From assembly GCA_028407765.1 (NCBI GenBank), contig JAOOJU010000002.1, forward strand, positions 1-52,010: DNA of 52,010 bases, in the 5' to 3' direction. Below the pieces are notes generated by a model that was not told where the DNA came from, ran no database searches, and was given only the letters and a program-made list of their open reading frames with translations. The stretch is from Rickettsiales bacterium. Its GTDB lineage: Bacteria > Pseudomonadota > Alphaproteobacteria > Methylaequorales > Methylaequoraceae. Below, piece after piece: positions 9,245-19,549 of this stretch (position 1 is its first letter; each line of letters starts with the position of its first letter). The translations under genes were made by a program, and so were the position numbers.

Positions 9245-9251
9245 ACTTTAT

Positions 9252-9719
9252 ATGAAGTTTATCGTTATATTTTTTATTTTCATTTCTTATTTTATATCAA
9301 ATGATTCTTTAGGTTTGGGAAAAAAAAATTTTTTCTCGACAAAATATAATGAAGTTAATATTAGAAACGGTCCAGGTAAAAAATATTTTATCATTGCTAC
9401 ACTTTATCAAAAAGGTATTCCTCTTAAAAGATTATCTTTCTTTGATGCATGGGTTCAAATAGAGGATATTAGTGGTCTAAAGGGTTGGATTTCAAAGAGT
9501 CAACTTAGTGATAAACGACATGCTTATATAATTGCAGAATCAACTTATATATACAGGTATCCCAACTCAAAATCAAAAAAAGTCGCTCGTCTTTATAAGG
9601 ATGTAATAATTAAAGTAAAAAAATGTAAAAAAGACTGGTGTAAAATTAGAATAAAAGGCTTTGATGGTTGGATATTAAAAAATTATATGTGGGGTATTGA
9701 ATCTAATGAAATATTTTAG
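9252..9719 (+). CDS. SH3b-domain protein with signal peptide
   Basis: 155 aa. Hydrophobic N-terminus and two bacterial SH3-like repeats (..GWISKSQL.. and ..GWILKNYMWG). Confidence 0.55.
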   Translation: MKFIVIFFIFISYFISNDSLGLGKKNFFSTKYNEVNIRNGPGKKYFIIATLYQKGIPLKRLSFFDAWVQIEDISGLKGWISKSQLSDKRHAYIIAESTYIYRYPNSKSKKVARLYKDVIIKVKKCKKDWCKIRIKGFDGWILKNYMWGIESNEIF

Positions 9720-9738
9720 GTCATTAGTCTTTTGATCA

Positions 9739-11139
9739 TCAGAGACCTCTTGATATTCGATCTACTAATTCTTTAACTTTTGGCACAAACCCATTTTTAT
9801 AAAATGGATCTGATGCAAATCTGTATGCAGAATGTCCGGCAAACATAAGTTCATTTTCAATTGAAGAAATTCCATGACTTATTCTTTGCAATGTTTTTTG
9901 AATACAAAAAGAACGAGGATCTGCTTTCTTCCCAGTCGTACCTTCTTGGTTCTGTGACCAATTACTGAATAAACACGAAGAAAGACAACCCATACAATCA
10001 ATTTGATCCTTTACAATCTGGCTTGCCTTTTTTAAAGTAACCCAAATTAAAGTATCGTTTGGTGTTGTCAATGGTTTAACAAATCCATTTTTAATCCACT
10101 CAACAATTTTTGACTTGTCAGAATGTTTTACATAATATGCTCTTTTTCTTGGACCAATTTCAAGTTTTTCATTAAACTCATTAGTCTGTTCTCTTAAATA
10201 AGGTGTTTGCCTTTCTGATCGTAATTCTAATTCTTTCAAGAAATCATTTCGAAATGCTGATGAATAAAAACCAGTAGGACTAAATTTATGTAAACTAACA
10301 TCTCCGGGTTTTATAGTTAATAGTTTCTTCTTCCAGTCATCCGGGATAGGACTTTCTTTTGTTAATAAAGGTCTAGTCCCAAATTGAAAAGCAATTAGAC
10401 CTAGCTCCTTATTATCAATCCAGTCCTCCCATTCATTTAAGTTCCAAACCCCACCGGCCATAATGATTGGGATGTGATCCAAATTAAATACGTTCATCAA
10501 TTTTCTTAATTCTAATACCCTAGGATATGGAGGTTGAGGTTTTAATGGGTCCTCACTGTTCGAAAGACCGTTATGTCCTCCTGCTAACCATGGATCTTCA
10601 TATACAACTCCTCCCAAATAATCTGCTGTTTTTCTGTATGACCTTTTCCATAAAGCATTAAAAGCTCTAGCTGATGAAACTATCGGATAATAAAATACTT
10701 TATGAGACGCTGCTATTTCTGATAGTTTATAAGGCATTCCCGCACCACAAGTCACTCCATCAATAATTCCCTTTGCTTTGTGCAAAGTTTGAGTCAATAT
10801 AGTTTCTGCTGCACCCATCTCCCAGAGAATATTGACGTGCACAGCTGCACTGTTTCCAGCTATATCTCTTGCTATTTTTGCTTGCTCTACTGCACCAGCG
10901 ACTGAAAAATTTACTAATTCATTATGTCTACCTGATCTGGTTTTTTCTTTATATTCTTGGGGTATCAGTTTACCATCTTTGTCATAAGAATCAGCATTTA
11001 CTCCTGAAAAAGTTCCAATTCCACCTGCTTTTGCCCATGCACCTGAGCTTTCGCCACTGGTCACAGCTATTCCCTTTCCACCCTCAATTAATGGTAGAAC
11101 CTCTTTTCCAGACATCTTTAAAGTTCGTAAATCTCTCAT
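9739..11139 (-). CDS. nitronate monooxygenase / 2-nitropropane dioxygenase-family FMN oxidoreductase, long form
   Basis: 466 aa. TIM-barrel NMO-like motifs (GGIGTFSG, IIMAGGVW) and a C-terminal extension containing CMGCLSSC. Confidence 0.6.
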   Translation of the reverse strand: MRDLRTLKMSGKEVLPLIEGGKGIAVTSGESSGAWAKAGGIGTFSGVNADSYDKDGKLIPQEYKEKTRSGRHNELVNFSVAGAVEQAKIARDIAGNSAAVHVNILWEMGAAETILTQTLHKAKGIIDGVTCGAGMPYKLSEIAASHKVFYYPIVSSARAFNALWKRSYRKTADYLGGVVYEDPWLAGGHNGLSNSEDPLKPQPPYPRVLELRKLMNVFNLDHIPIIMAGGVWNLNEWEDWIDNKELGLIAFQFGTRPLLTKESPIPDDWKKKLLTIKPGDVSLHKFSPTGFYSSAFRNDFLKELELRSERQTPYLREQTNEFNEKLEIGPRKRAYYVKHSDKSKIVEWIKNGFVKPLTTPNDTLIWVTLKKASQIVKDQIDCMGCLSSCLFSNWSQNQEGTTGKKADPRSFCIQKTLQRISHGISSIENELMFAGHSAYRFASDPFYKNGFVPKVKELVDRISRGL

Positions 11140-11158
11140 ATTACTAATTTTTAGAAAC

Positions 11159-13243
11159 TTATTCCTCTATCAAAGCATCCTTAAGACTTAATTTCACTTT
11201 GCCCCTATCATCAACTGCTAAAACCTTAACCTTGACCATATCGCCCTCTTTAACTACGTCAGTAGTTTTTTCTACTCTTTCAGGCCTTAACTGGCTTATG
11301 TGAACCAATCCATCTCGAGAACCCATAAAATTAACAAAAGCACCAAAATCCATAGTTTTTACAACCTTTCCCTCATAAATTTTACCAATTTCAGGTTCTG
11401 CAACAATATCATTTATCATATCAATTGCTATATCTCCTGATTCTTTATTATTACATGATATTGTTATATTTCCATCATCGTCAATCTCAACTTTTGCTGT
11501 AGATTTTTCACAAATATCTCTAATAATTTTACCCCCAGATCCTATAACATCTCTAATCTTCGCCTTAGCAATTTTCATCTGAATTATTTTAGGGGCATTT
11601 TCTTTAACCTCACTTCTTGATTTTTTTATAGTTTTATTCATCTCTGACAGTATGTGCATTCTAGCGTCCTTAGCTTGAGATAAAGCATCTTTCATTATTT
11701 CTTCAGTTATCCCTGTAATTTTTATATCCATTTGCAAAGATGTAATACCACTATCACTTCCTGCAACCTTAAAATCCATGTCACCAAGATGATCCTCATC
11801 TCCTAAAATATCTGTCAAAACAGCAAATTTTTTGTCTTCCATAATTAATCCCATTGCAATACCAGCGACTGGTCTTTCTATTGGAACACCTGCATCCATT
11901 AATGAAAGTGAAGTTCCGCAAACTGTAGCCATGGACGAAGAACCATTTGACTCTGTTATTTCCGACACTACCCTCACTGTGTAAGGAAATTTTTCATGAT
12001 CCCTAAGCATTGGTTTTATTGCTCTCCAAGCTAATTTTCCATGACCTATTTCTCTTCTACCGGTGGAACCAATTCTTCCAACTTCATTTACAGAAAAAGG
12101 TGGAAAATTATAATGTAACATAAATTTCTCCGTAACATCTCCGTCTAAAGTATCTTTTCTTTGTTCGTCATTTGAAGAACCAAGTGTTGTAACTACTAAT
12201 GCTTGTGTTTCTCCTCTTGTAAAAAGTGCGCTACCATGAACATTAGGTAATAGATTAACCTTACAGTCAAGACTTCTAACCGTTGTGAGGTCTCTTCCAT
12301 CTATCCTACTTCCTGTTTCCAATATTGAAGTTCTAACTATTTCTTTTTCAATTTTTTTTATGTATCCATATACTTCATTTCCTTCACAATTATATTCTTC
12401 TGAAAAAGAATCTGTAAGCTCAATTTTCAAAGCCTCAAGTTCTTTACTTCTTTGAGACTTTTCTTTGATTTTATATATTTTCTTTAATGTTGACTCTGAT
12501 TTTTTCTCGAGTTCCTTGAAATAGTCGGGCAATTTTTTTTCTTCTATTTCCCAAGACTCTTTTGCAGCTGATTGTGCTAATTCAATTATTGTCTTGATAA
12601 CTGGTTGAAATTGATCATGACCAAATTTAACTGCACCTAACATTATTTCCTCTGAGAGTTGATTTGCCTCTGACTCAACCATTAAAACTCCACTTTTTGT
12701 TCCTGCAACAACTAAATCAAGCTCAGATTCTTTCATTTCCTCAACAGTTGGGTTTAAAATATAATCTCCGTCCAAATAACCCACTCGAGCACAGCCTACT
12801 GGACCTAAAAAAGGCAAGCCTGAGATTGTCAAAGCTGCAGAGGCTCCAATAAGAGCACAAATTGAAGGATCATTTTCAGAGTCATAATTCACTACAGTGC
12901 ATATCACCTGTGTTTCATTATTATAACTTTTATGAAAAAGTGGTCTCAATGGCCTATCAATCAACCTTGAGTTTAAAGTTTCAACTTCAGATGGCCTCCC
13001 TTCACGTTTAAAAAAACCTCCAGGAATTTTTCCTGCCGCATAAGCTTTTTCTATGTAGTGAACTGATAGTGGAAAGAAATCTTTTGTTGGATCAACATTT
13101 CTTGAAGCTGAAACTGTGCACAATACAGATGTCCCTCCTAGTGTAGCAAGCACAGATCCATCAGCTTGCCTCGCAAACATTCCAGTCTCTAGGCTAAGTT
13201 TTAATCCCTGCCAATCCAATTCTTTCTTTACAATTTTAAACAT
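11159..13243 (-). CDS. pnp: polynucleotide phosphorylase
   Basis: 694 aa. Two RNase PH domains plus KH and S1 domains ([18 protein letters not shown]). Confidence 0.97.
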   Translation of the reverse strand: MFKIVKKELDWQGLKLSLETGMFARQADGSVLATLGGTSVLCTVSASRNVDPTKDFFPLSVHYIEKAYAAGKIPGGFFKREGRPSEVETLNSRLIDRPLRPLFHKSYNNETQVICTVVNYDSENDPSICALIGASAALTISGLPFLGPVGCARVGYLDGDYILNPTVEEMKESELDLVVAGTKSGVLMVESEANQLSEEIMLGAVKFGHDQFQPVIKTIIELAQSAAKESWEIEEKKLPDYFKELEKKSESTLKKIYKIKEKSQRSKELEALKIELTDSFSEEYNCEGNEVYGYIKKIEKEIVRTSILETGSRIDGRDLTTVRSLDCKVNLLPNVHGSALFTRGETQALVVTTLGSSNDEQRKDTLDGDVTEKFMLHYNFPPFSVNEVGRIGSTGRREIGHGKLAWRAIKPMLRDHEKFPYTVRVVSEITESNGSSSMATVCGTSLSLMDAGVPIERPVAGIAMGLIMEDKKFAVLTDILGDEDHLGDMDFKVAGSDSGITSLQMDIKITGITEEIMKDALSQAKDARMHILSEMNKTIKKSRSEVKENAPKIIQMKIAKAKIRDVIGSGGKIIRDICEKSTAKVEIDDDGNITISCNNKESGDIAIDMINDIVAEPEIGKIYEGKVVKTMDFGAFVNFMGSRDGLVHISQLRPERVEKTTDVVKEGDMVKVKVLAVDDRGKVKLSLKDALIEE

Positions 13244-13260
13244 AATATTCCTTTTTCCTT

Positions 13261-13530
13261 CTAATGTCTGAGTCCAATTGATTTTATTAATGTTTGATAT
13301 TTTTCCAAGCTCTTGTCCTTAAGATAAGATAAAAGTTTCTTTCTTCTTCCCACCATTTTGAGTAAACCTCTTCTAGTACTTTGATCTTTTTTATTTGTTT
13401 TTAAATGTTCTGTTAATGAACTTATACGATGACTAAGAATTGCAACCTGAACATCTGTAGATCCTTTATCTTTTGAGCTTTTTTCATACTTCTTAATTAT
13501 TTCTTCTTTCTTTTCTTTTAATAGTGACAT
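13261..13530 (-). CDS. rpsO: 30S ribosomal protein S15
   Basis: [15 protein letters not shown]...[19 protein letters not shown]. Start at M7 of the track ORF. Confidence 0.95.
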   Translation of the reverse strand: MSLLKEKKEEIIKKYEKSSKDKGSTDVQVAILSHRISSLTEHLKTNKKDQSTRRGLLKMVGRRKKLLSYLKDKSLEKYQTLIKSIGLRH

Positions 13531-13532
13531 TT

Positions 13533-14478
13533 CTAACTCCTTACACATAATGTATTAAAATTTATATTCATGATTGTTTCTGGGTGAAAGTTTTGACCAT
13601 TTAAACTTCCAATAACCACTAATTGTTTCTTATATTTTGCAATTACTAAACTCTTATGCTTAGTCATGTTATTTTTTTTTCTAATTGTTTTAGTTGCAAC
13701 TATGAACTTACCATCCATCAAAACCCTTGCTTCTTTCTTATCTAAATTAATTCTTCTCACATCATAAAAAATATCATCAACTGGCTTTAAAAGCTCAATT
13801 AATTTGTCAATATGCATCAAACTGATCAAAGAATCCAGCGAAATTAGTTTTTTATCCAGTTTTCCAAAACCAATTCTTCTCAAAGACGATAGATGTCCAT
13901 ATGTTCCAAGAGATTGTCCAAGGTCTTCAGCTAAAGTTCTGATATAAGTACCTGAACTACAATTTACATAAAATAGTGATTTTGATTTATTTAAACTTTT
14001 TAATAATCTTAAATCACAAACCTCTATCTCACGACTAGGAAGTTCAAATTCTTGTCCATTTCTTGCTATTTTGTAAGCTCGTTCTCCATTGATTTTAATA
14101 GCAGAATATTTGGATGGTTTTTGAAGCAAATAGCCTTTAAAAAAGACGTATTTTATTTCTTATTTCATTATCACTTGGAAAAATTTCTTTGTACCCAATT
14201 TTTTCTCCTTCTATATCTCCTGTTTCAGTTTTGACACCCCATTCAACGGTAAAAATATATTCTTTATTAACCCTCTCGATATATTTAATAGCTTTTGTTG
14301 CCTTTCCTATAGCCACTGGAAGAAACCCTGAAGCCATTGGATCTAATGTTCCGACGTATCCAAGCTTTACATTTAAAAATAATCTCTTAATCTTTTGTAA
14401 AACCTTGTTCGAGGATATACCTATGGGCTTATCTACAAACAACCATCCATTTGCCTTGATTTCTTTATTAGTTTTCAT
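13533..14478 (-). pseudogene. truB: tRNA pseudouridine-55 synthase TruB, split by a +1 frameshift in an A6 run
   Basis: The N-terminal ORF (14137-14478) has the catalytic GTLDPMASG motif. The C-terminal ORF (13533-14129) has QKPSKYSAIKINGERAYK. They join if one base of 14139-14144 is removed. Confidence 0.9.
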
Positions 14479-14493
14479 CTATACTGCCCAATT

Positions 14494-14883
14494 TTATATA
14501 TCTTGGGCTACTTTTGGATTTTTAAATAAATTGTCAATTTTCTTCGCTTCTAATGCTAAACTATCTATTTTAAAATTTAGTCTCGGTGTAAACCTTAAAC
14601 CAATATTTGAACCAAGTTTTTTTCTAATAATTTGTTTTTCTTTATCTAATGCTTGAAGAACATCTTCATCGGTTATGGAAAGATTATCTTTTGAAAATGC
14701 AATAACAAATACTTTTGCAATTTTAAGATCAATTGAAACGTTAACTTCAGAGATAATTATTGAAAAAAAATTATCATTGCTTGACTGGAATACGAATGAT
14801 TGAAGTAACTCTGATAACGAACGTTTTAAATACTCTGATACTTTCAATTGCCTTTGACTGTTTTTTTTTCCTAATTTTAACAT
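14494..14883 (-). CDS. rbfA: ribosome-binding factor A
   Basis: 129 aa in the RbfA position between infB and truB. N-terminus ...QRQLKVSEYLKRSLSELL. Confidence 0.85.
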   Translation of the reverse strand: MLKLGKKNSQRQLKVSEYLKRSLSELLQSFVFQSSNDNFFSIIISEVNVSIDLKIAKVFVIAFSKDNLSITDEDVLQALDKEKQIIRKKLGSNIGLRFTPRLNFKIDSLALEAKKIDNLFKNPKVAQDI

Positions 14884-14892
14884 CTCAATCTT

Positions 14893-17266
14893 TTAACCTT
14901 CAACAGCTTCTAATATAAAACACTCTAGTTTATCTTCTTCTTCAAAATCTTCATAATCAGTGAGTCCTATGCCACATTCTTGACCTGCTTTTACTTCTTT
15001 AACCTCATTTTTTTCTCTTCTTAAGGTTAATATCTCAGTTTTACTTATAATTTTATCACCTCTAATTACTCTTATCTTTGCTGAGGGTTTAACGAAACCT
15101 TCAATTACCTCACAACCAGCAATATTATTTGATTTTGCAACTTTGAAAACTTTCTTTATTTTGAGATGACCAATTATTTTTTCTTTATAACTAGGCTCTT
15201 GCATTCCTTTCATTAATTTCGTTATTTCGTCAATTACCTCATATATTATTGAAAAATATTTTATAATAACATTATCTCTTTTTGCCAAGTTTCGTGCTTG
15301 AACATTAGTTCTAACATTAAAACCAACAATAATAGCTTTTGTTGCTGTTGATAAAGATACGTCAGATTCGTTAATTTCCCCAACTCCAGTGTGTAAGATT
15401 TTTATTTTTATATTACCTCCATCTATTTTAAGTAAACTTTGCTCTATTGCTTCTTTCGAACCATGAACATCAGCCTTTATAATAACGGGAAAATCAACGG
15501 ACTCATCTGATGATGCATCTGAAATCATCTGCTCTATAGATGTTCTTTTTAATGATGCATTTTCTCTTTGTCTTTTGATTCTGTCTCTGTATTGAGAAAC
15601 CTCTCTTGCCCTTGATTCATTTTCTACTACAACAAACTCATCTCCTGCTTCTGGTGCACCAGACAGTCCCAAGACCTCTACTGGATAACTTGGCAATGCT
15701 TTTAAAACTTTATTATTTTCTTCATCAGACAATGCTCGTACTTTTCCCCATTCTTTTCCAGCAATGACTATATCTCCTACCTTTAGATTACCTCTTTGGA
15801 CCAAAACTGAAATTACTGGTCCTCTTCCTTTTTCAACTTTTGATTCAATAACAGTACCTTCAGCCTTTCTATCATCATTTGCTTTTAAATCTAAAATTTC
15901 AGCTTGCAGTAAAATTGCATCTATTAAATCATCTAGACCAGTATTATTTTTTGCTGAAACATTAATAAATACAGTATCTCCTCCCATTTTTTCACTTATA
16001 ACTTCGTGTGAAAGTAAATCAGATTCAACTTTTTGTGGGTTTGCAGCAGGTAAATCAATTTTATTAACTGCAACAATAATAGGACACTTTGAAGCTTTAG
16101 CATGACTTATGGCTTCTACTGTTTGCTCGTTTACACTATCATCTGCAGCAACGACTAAAATAACTATATCCGTAACGTTCGAGCCTCTTGCTCTCATTTG
16201 ACTAAATGCTGCATGACCTGGTGTATCAAGAAAAGTAATTTTACCTTTTGAAGTTTCAATCATATATGCACCAATATGCTGTGTGATTCCACCAGCTTCT
16301 GTTTGTGTAACTTTTTTTTCTCTTATTGCATCCAACAACGACGTCTTTCCATGATCAACATGACCCATTATAGTTACTACTGGGGGTCTGCTTTTTAATT
16401 GCTCAGCCTTATCTTCATTACCTGATAAGCCAATTTCTACATCGGCCTCACTAACTCTTCTTGGAGTGTGTCCAAATTCAATTGCAACTAACTCTGCCGT
16501 GTCTCCATCTATAGTCTGGTTTATGGTTGCCATGACACCTAGCTTCATTAAAACTTTTATTAGATCCGGAGTTCGTTCTGCCATCCTTACTCCTAATTCA
16601 TTAACTGGTATAAAGTCAGGAATAATAACTTCTCTTTTCTTTTTTTCTTTAATTTGTTCTTTGGTATCTATTGTTTGCGATAATCTCAGTTTTGCCTTTT
16701 CTCTTGCTCTCTTAACTGCCGCCAAAGACCTAACTCTGCCATTGTCTTCGTCCAATGCTTCAGAAATTGTAAGTTTACCTTTTCTTCGTTCTTCTAGTTT
16801 TTTTTGGAACTTTAATCAATTTCAGATTCTTTAATTTTTTTGTTTTCTCCAATTCGGTTTCAACATCTTTTTTCTGTTCAGGAATAGTTTTTATTGAATC
16901 TTTTTTTTGATCAATTATGTTTTTTTTGATTTCACTCTGAGGTTTCTCGTTAATTTCTATTTCAGATTTAAGCTTTTTTTCTAAAACTTCTTGATTTAAT
17001 TCTCCAGTTTCTTTTTTTTTAAATAATTCATCTGCCTCGACTTTTTTTTCTTTAGTTTTTACAACTTCATCGCTAATGGATGGTTTTTCCGTAACTTTAT
17101 TTCCAAATGATCTCTTTTTCTTAACTTCAACTGAGACTGAACGAGAACGCCCATGCGAAAAACTTTGCTTAATCTTCCCGGCATCAAAAGTTTTTTTTAA
17201 CTCGAGCTTCCCTGTCAGAGTTGATTGATTTTTTGTATCTTTTTTCAAACCAGTGCTTCCTGGCAT
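14893..17266 (-). pseudogene. infB: translation initiation factor IF-2, split by a +1 frameshift in a T8 run
   Basis: The 16775-17266 ORF is the IF-2 N-terminal region (..QSFSHGRSRSVSVEVKKKR..). The 14893-16755 ORF holds the G-domain (GHVDHGKTSLLD, DTPGH, NKID) and C-terminal domains. Frames join at 16798-16805. Start is either ATG 17266 or TTG 17248. Confidence 0.9.
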
Positions 17267-18773
17267 TCATGATTATTTCATCTGCTTTTTCTAATTCTAA
17301 AACTTTTTCACCGATAATTTCGATGAGTTCATCACTTGCTAAATCAGCTAAATCATCTCTGGTCTTAATATCATTTTCAATAAGTGTTATTAATTGTTTG
17401 GAAGTAAATGGTGTATCGTTGATTAGGAACTCATCTGCACCCAGATCTTTTACCTTAATTAAATTTTCTTCTTCATCTTTTTTTAAAAATGACTTAGCTC
17501 TACTTTTTAACTCATTTGCTAAATTTTCGTCAAAACCTTCAATGGAAGATAACTCTTCTGATGTAACCATGGACACATCTTCAACTGAACTAAATCCCTC
17601 TGTCACCAAAAGATGAGCTATTACTTCATCAACATCTAAACTGGAAATGAAAATTTGTGATAATTTTTTAAATTCTTCATTTCTTCTTTCTGATTCTTGA
17701 TCAACTGTTAGTATATCTATGTCCCAACCTGTGACTGAACTTGCTAAACGAACATTCTGACCTCTTCGTCCAATTGCAAGACTTAATTGTTCATTAGGTA
17801 CTATTATATCAACTTTATTAAGTTCTTCTTCTATAATAACTTTTTCTACTTCTGCAGGCCCAAGGGCATTAACAACAAAAGTAGCTATATCCTCTGACCA
17901 TAAGACAATATCTATTTTTTCTCCTTGTAGTTCATTAACTACCGCTTGAACCCTACTGCCTCTCATACCTACACATGCTCCGACTGGATCGATACTTTTC
18001 TCTTTCGATAGAACAGCTATTTTTGCTCTACTTCCAGGATCCCTTGCCACAGATTTAACTTCTATTATTCCATCGTAAATCTCTGGGACTTCTTGATTAA
18101 AAAGTTTTACTAAAAATTGATTGTGCGCACGAGATAAGAATATTTGAGGGCCTTTCAATTCCTCTCTAACATCCATTATATAAGCTCTTACTCTGTCAGA
18201 TCTCCTAAAGGTCTCTCTATTTAATAACTCTTCTCTCTTTAGTAAAGCTTCCGCCTTTCCTAAATCAACAATCACATTACCATATTCTACTCTTTTGACT
18301 ATTCCATTAACAACTTCACCAACTTTGTCTTTAAATTGTGAATACTGCATAGATCTCTCTGCTTCTTTTACTTTTTGAACAATAACTTGTTTTGCTGTTT
18401 GAACTGCAATTCTTCCAAAATCTATTTGAGGTAATTGTTCAGTTACAAATTCACCTACTTTTAAATTTTTATCTCTTTTAATAGCATCTTTAAGGTCTAT
18501 CTTATTTGTCTTTTCTTCCTCAAGTTGGTCATCAATAGATTCAACTATTTCTAAATACCTAAATAAACCTATTGTCCCAGAATCTCTGTCAACGTGTGCT
18601 CTAATATCAAATTCTTGTCCATATTTTGTTCTTCCTGCTTTAGCAATCGCAGTTTCCATAGCTTCAAGAACTTCTTCTGACTCAATACCTTTTTCCTTAG
18701 CAATGTTTTTTGCTATTTCTAAAAGATCAACAGGAAACAAATCTTGTTTAGTATTTTCTGGCAACTTATTCAT
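17184..18773 (-). CDS. nusA: transcription termination/antitermination factor NusA
   Basis: 529 aa. S1 and KH domains (GMRGSRVQAVVNEL, AIGRRGQNVRLAS) and C-terminal HhH repeats. Confidence 0.95.
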   Translation of the reverse strand: MNKLPENTKQDLFPVDLLEIAKNIAKEKGIESEEVLEAMETAIAKAGRTKYGQEFDIRAHVDRDSGTIGLFRYLEIVESIDDQLEEEKTNKIDLKDAIKRDKNLKVGEFVTEQLPQIDFGRIAVQTAKQVIVQKVKEAERSMQYSQFKDKVGEVVNGIVKRVEYGNVIVDLGKAEALLKREELLNRETFRRSDRVRAYIMDVREELKGPQIFLSRAHNQFLVKLFNQEVPEIYDGIIEVKSVARDPGSRAKIAVLSKEKSIDPVGACVGMRGSRVQAVVNELQGEKIDIVLWSEDIATFVVNALGPAEVEKVIIEEELNKVDIIVPNEQLSLAIGRRGQNVRLASSVTGWDIDILTVDQESERRNEEFKKLSQIFISSLDVDEVIAHLLVTEGFSSVEDVSMVTSEELSSIEGFDENLANELKSRAKSFLKKDEEENLIKVKDLGADEFLINDTPFTSKQLITLIENDIKTRDDLADLASDELIEIIGEKVLELEKADEIIMNARKHWFEKRYKKSINSDREARVKKNF

Positions 18774-18880
18774 TTTTTACTTTCATTTTAATTACTTACA
18801 TACCAATAGTTTTAAAAAACTTAAATAAATTAATAATTTTTATAATTAATTCTCTGAGATTATAACTCTGAATTAAGCAT

Positions 18881-19549
18881 TCAAGAATTCCTCTCCACCA
18901 ATTTATAAACGCTACGATGTATTTCAGCATTTTTACTTATAGCTTTTTTATAATATTTTGTCTCAAAAATATTATCAAAAAAAAAATTCTTTTTATTTTG
19001 AGATATTAATAATTCAAAACTATTATTTGATTCAAAAGAAATTAAAATATTTTCATGATAGTCTAAATGGTCTGTGAGAATTACGACTTTCCCGTTGTTT
19101 GATAAAATTTTCATAATGTTAACAGTAAAATCCTTATTGATAAGCCTCCTTTTATTATGTCTTTTTTTAGGCCACGGATCTGGAAATAGAATAAACACCT
19201 TTGAAAAGTGAACACTTTTTATATATTTTAGTAAAAGTGCAAAAGTAGTGTTAGTAACAAAAATATTTTTTATACAAAGATTCTTTATCTGTTTTGCAAT
19301 ATTTAAATGTCCATTCATAAAAGGATCACAACCTATGAAACCTTCTCGAGGAAAATTTAGTGCTTGTTCAATAAGGTTTTCACCATTACCAAAACCAATT
19401 TCTAAATTTAATTTTGAAAAATCATTGCAAAAAAATTTAATTTTATTCTCTAATGATATAGTTTCTGAAAAAAAAAATTCACCGTATAGTAAATCTAAAT
19501 CTTTTTTTTTAAGTGTTTTAGAACACCTCCTACCATAAAATTCTCTCAT
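18881..19549 (-). CDS. trmB: tRNA (guanine-N7)-methyltransferase
   Basis: 222 aa. FPDPWPKKRHNKRR motif. Confidence 0.9.
   Translation of the reverse strand: MREFYGRRCSKTLKKKDLDLLYGEFFFSETISLENKIKFFCNDFSKLNLEIGFGNGENLIEQALNFPREGFIGCDPFMNGHLNIAKQIKNLCIKNIFVTNTTFALLLKYIKSVHFSKVFILFPDPWPKKRHNKRRLINKDFTVNIMKILSNNGKVVILTDHLDYHENILISFESNNSFELLISQNKKNFFFDNIFETKYYKKAISKNAEIHRSVYKLVERNS

Noticed and set aside
16840-17100. An apparent tandem or low-complexity repeat (T-runs interrupted by short words) that looked like a repeat array.
   Set aside because: It is the K/E-rich linker of the IF-2 N-terminal region read on the opposite strand. It has no exact repeat unit and no spacer structure.
18774-18880. 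Promoter call upstream of nusA (TATAAT on the minus strand at 18859-18864, flanked by two TCAGAG words).
   Set aside because: There is a good -10 hexamer but no credible -35. TATAAT-like words are frequent in this composition, so I did not list it as a feature.
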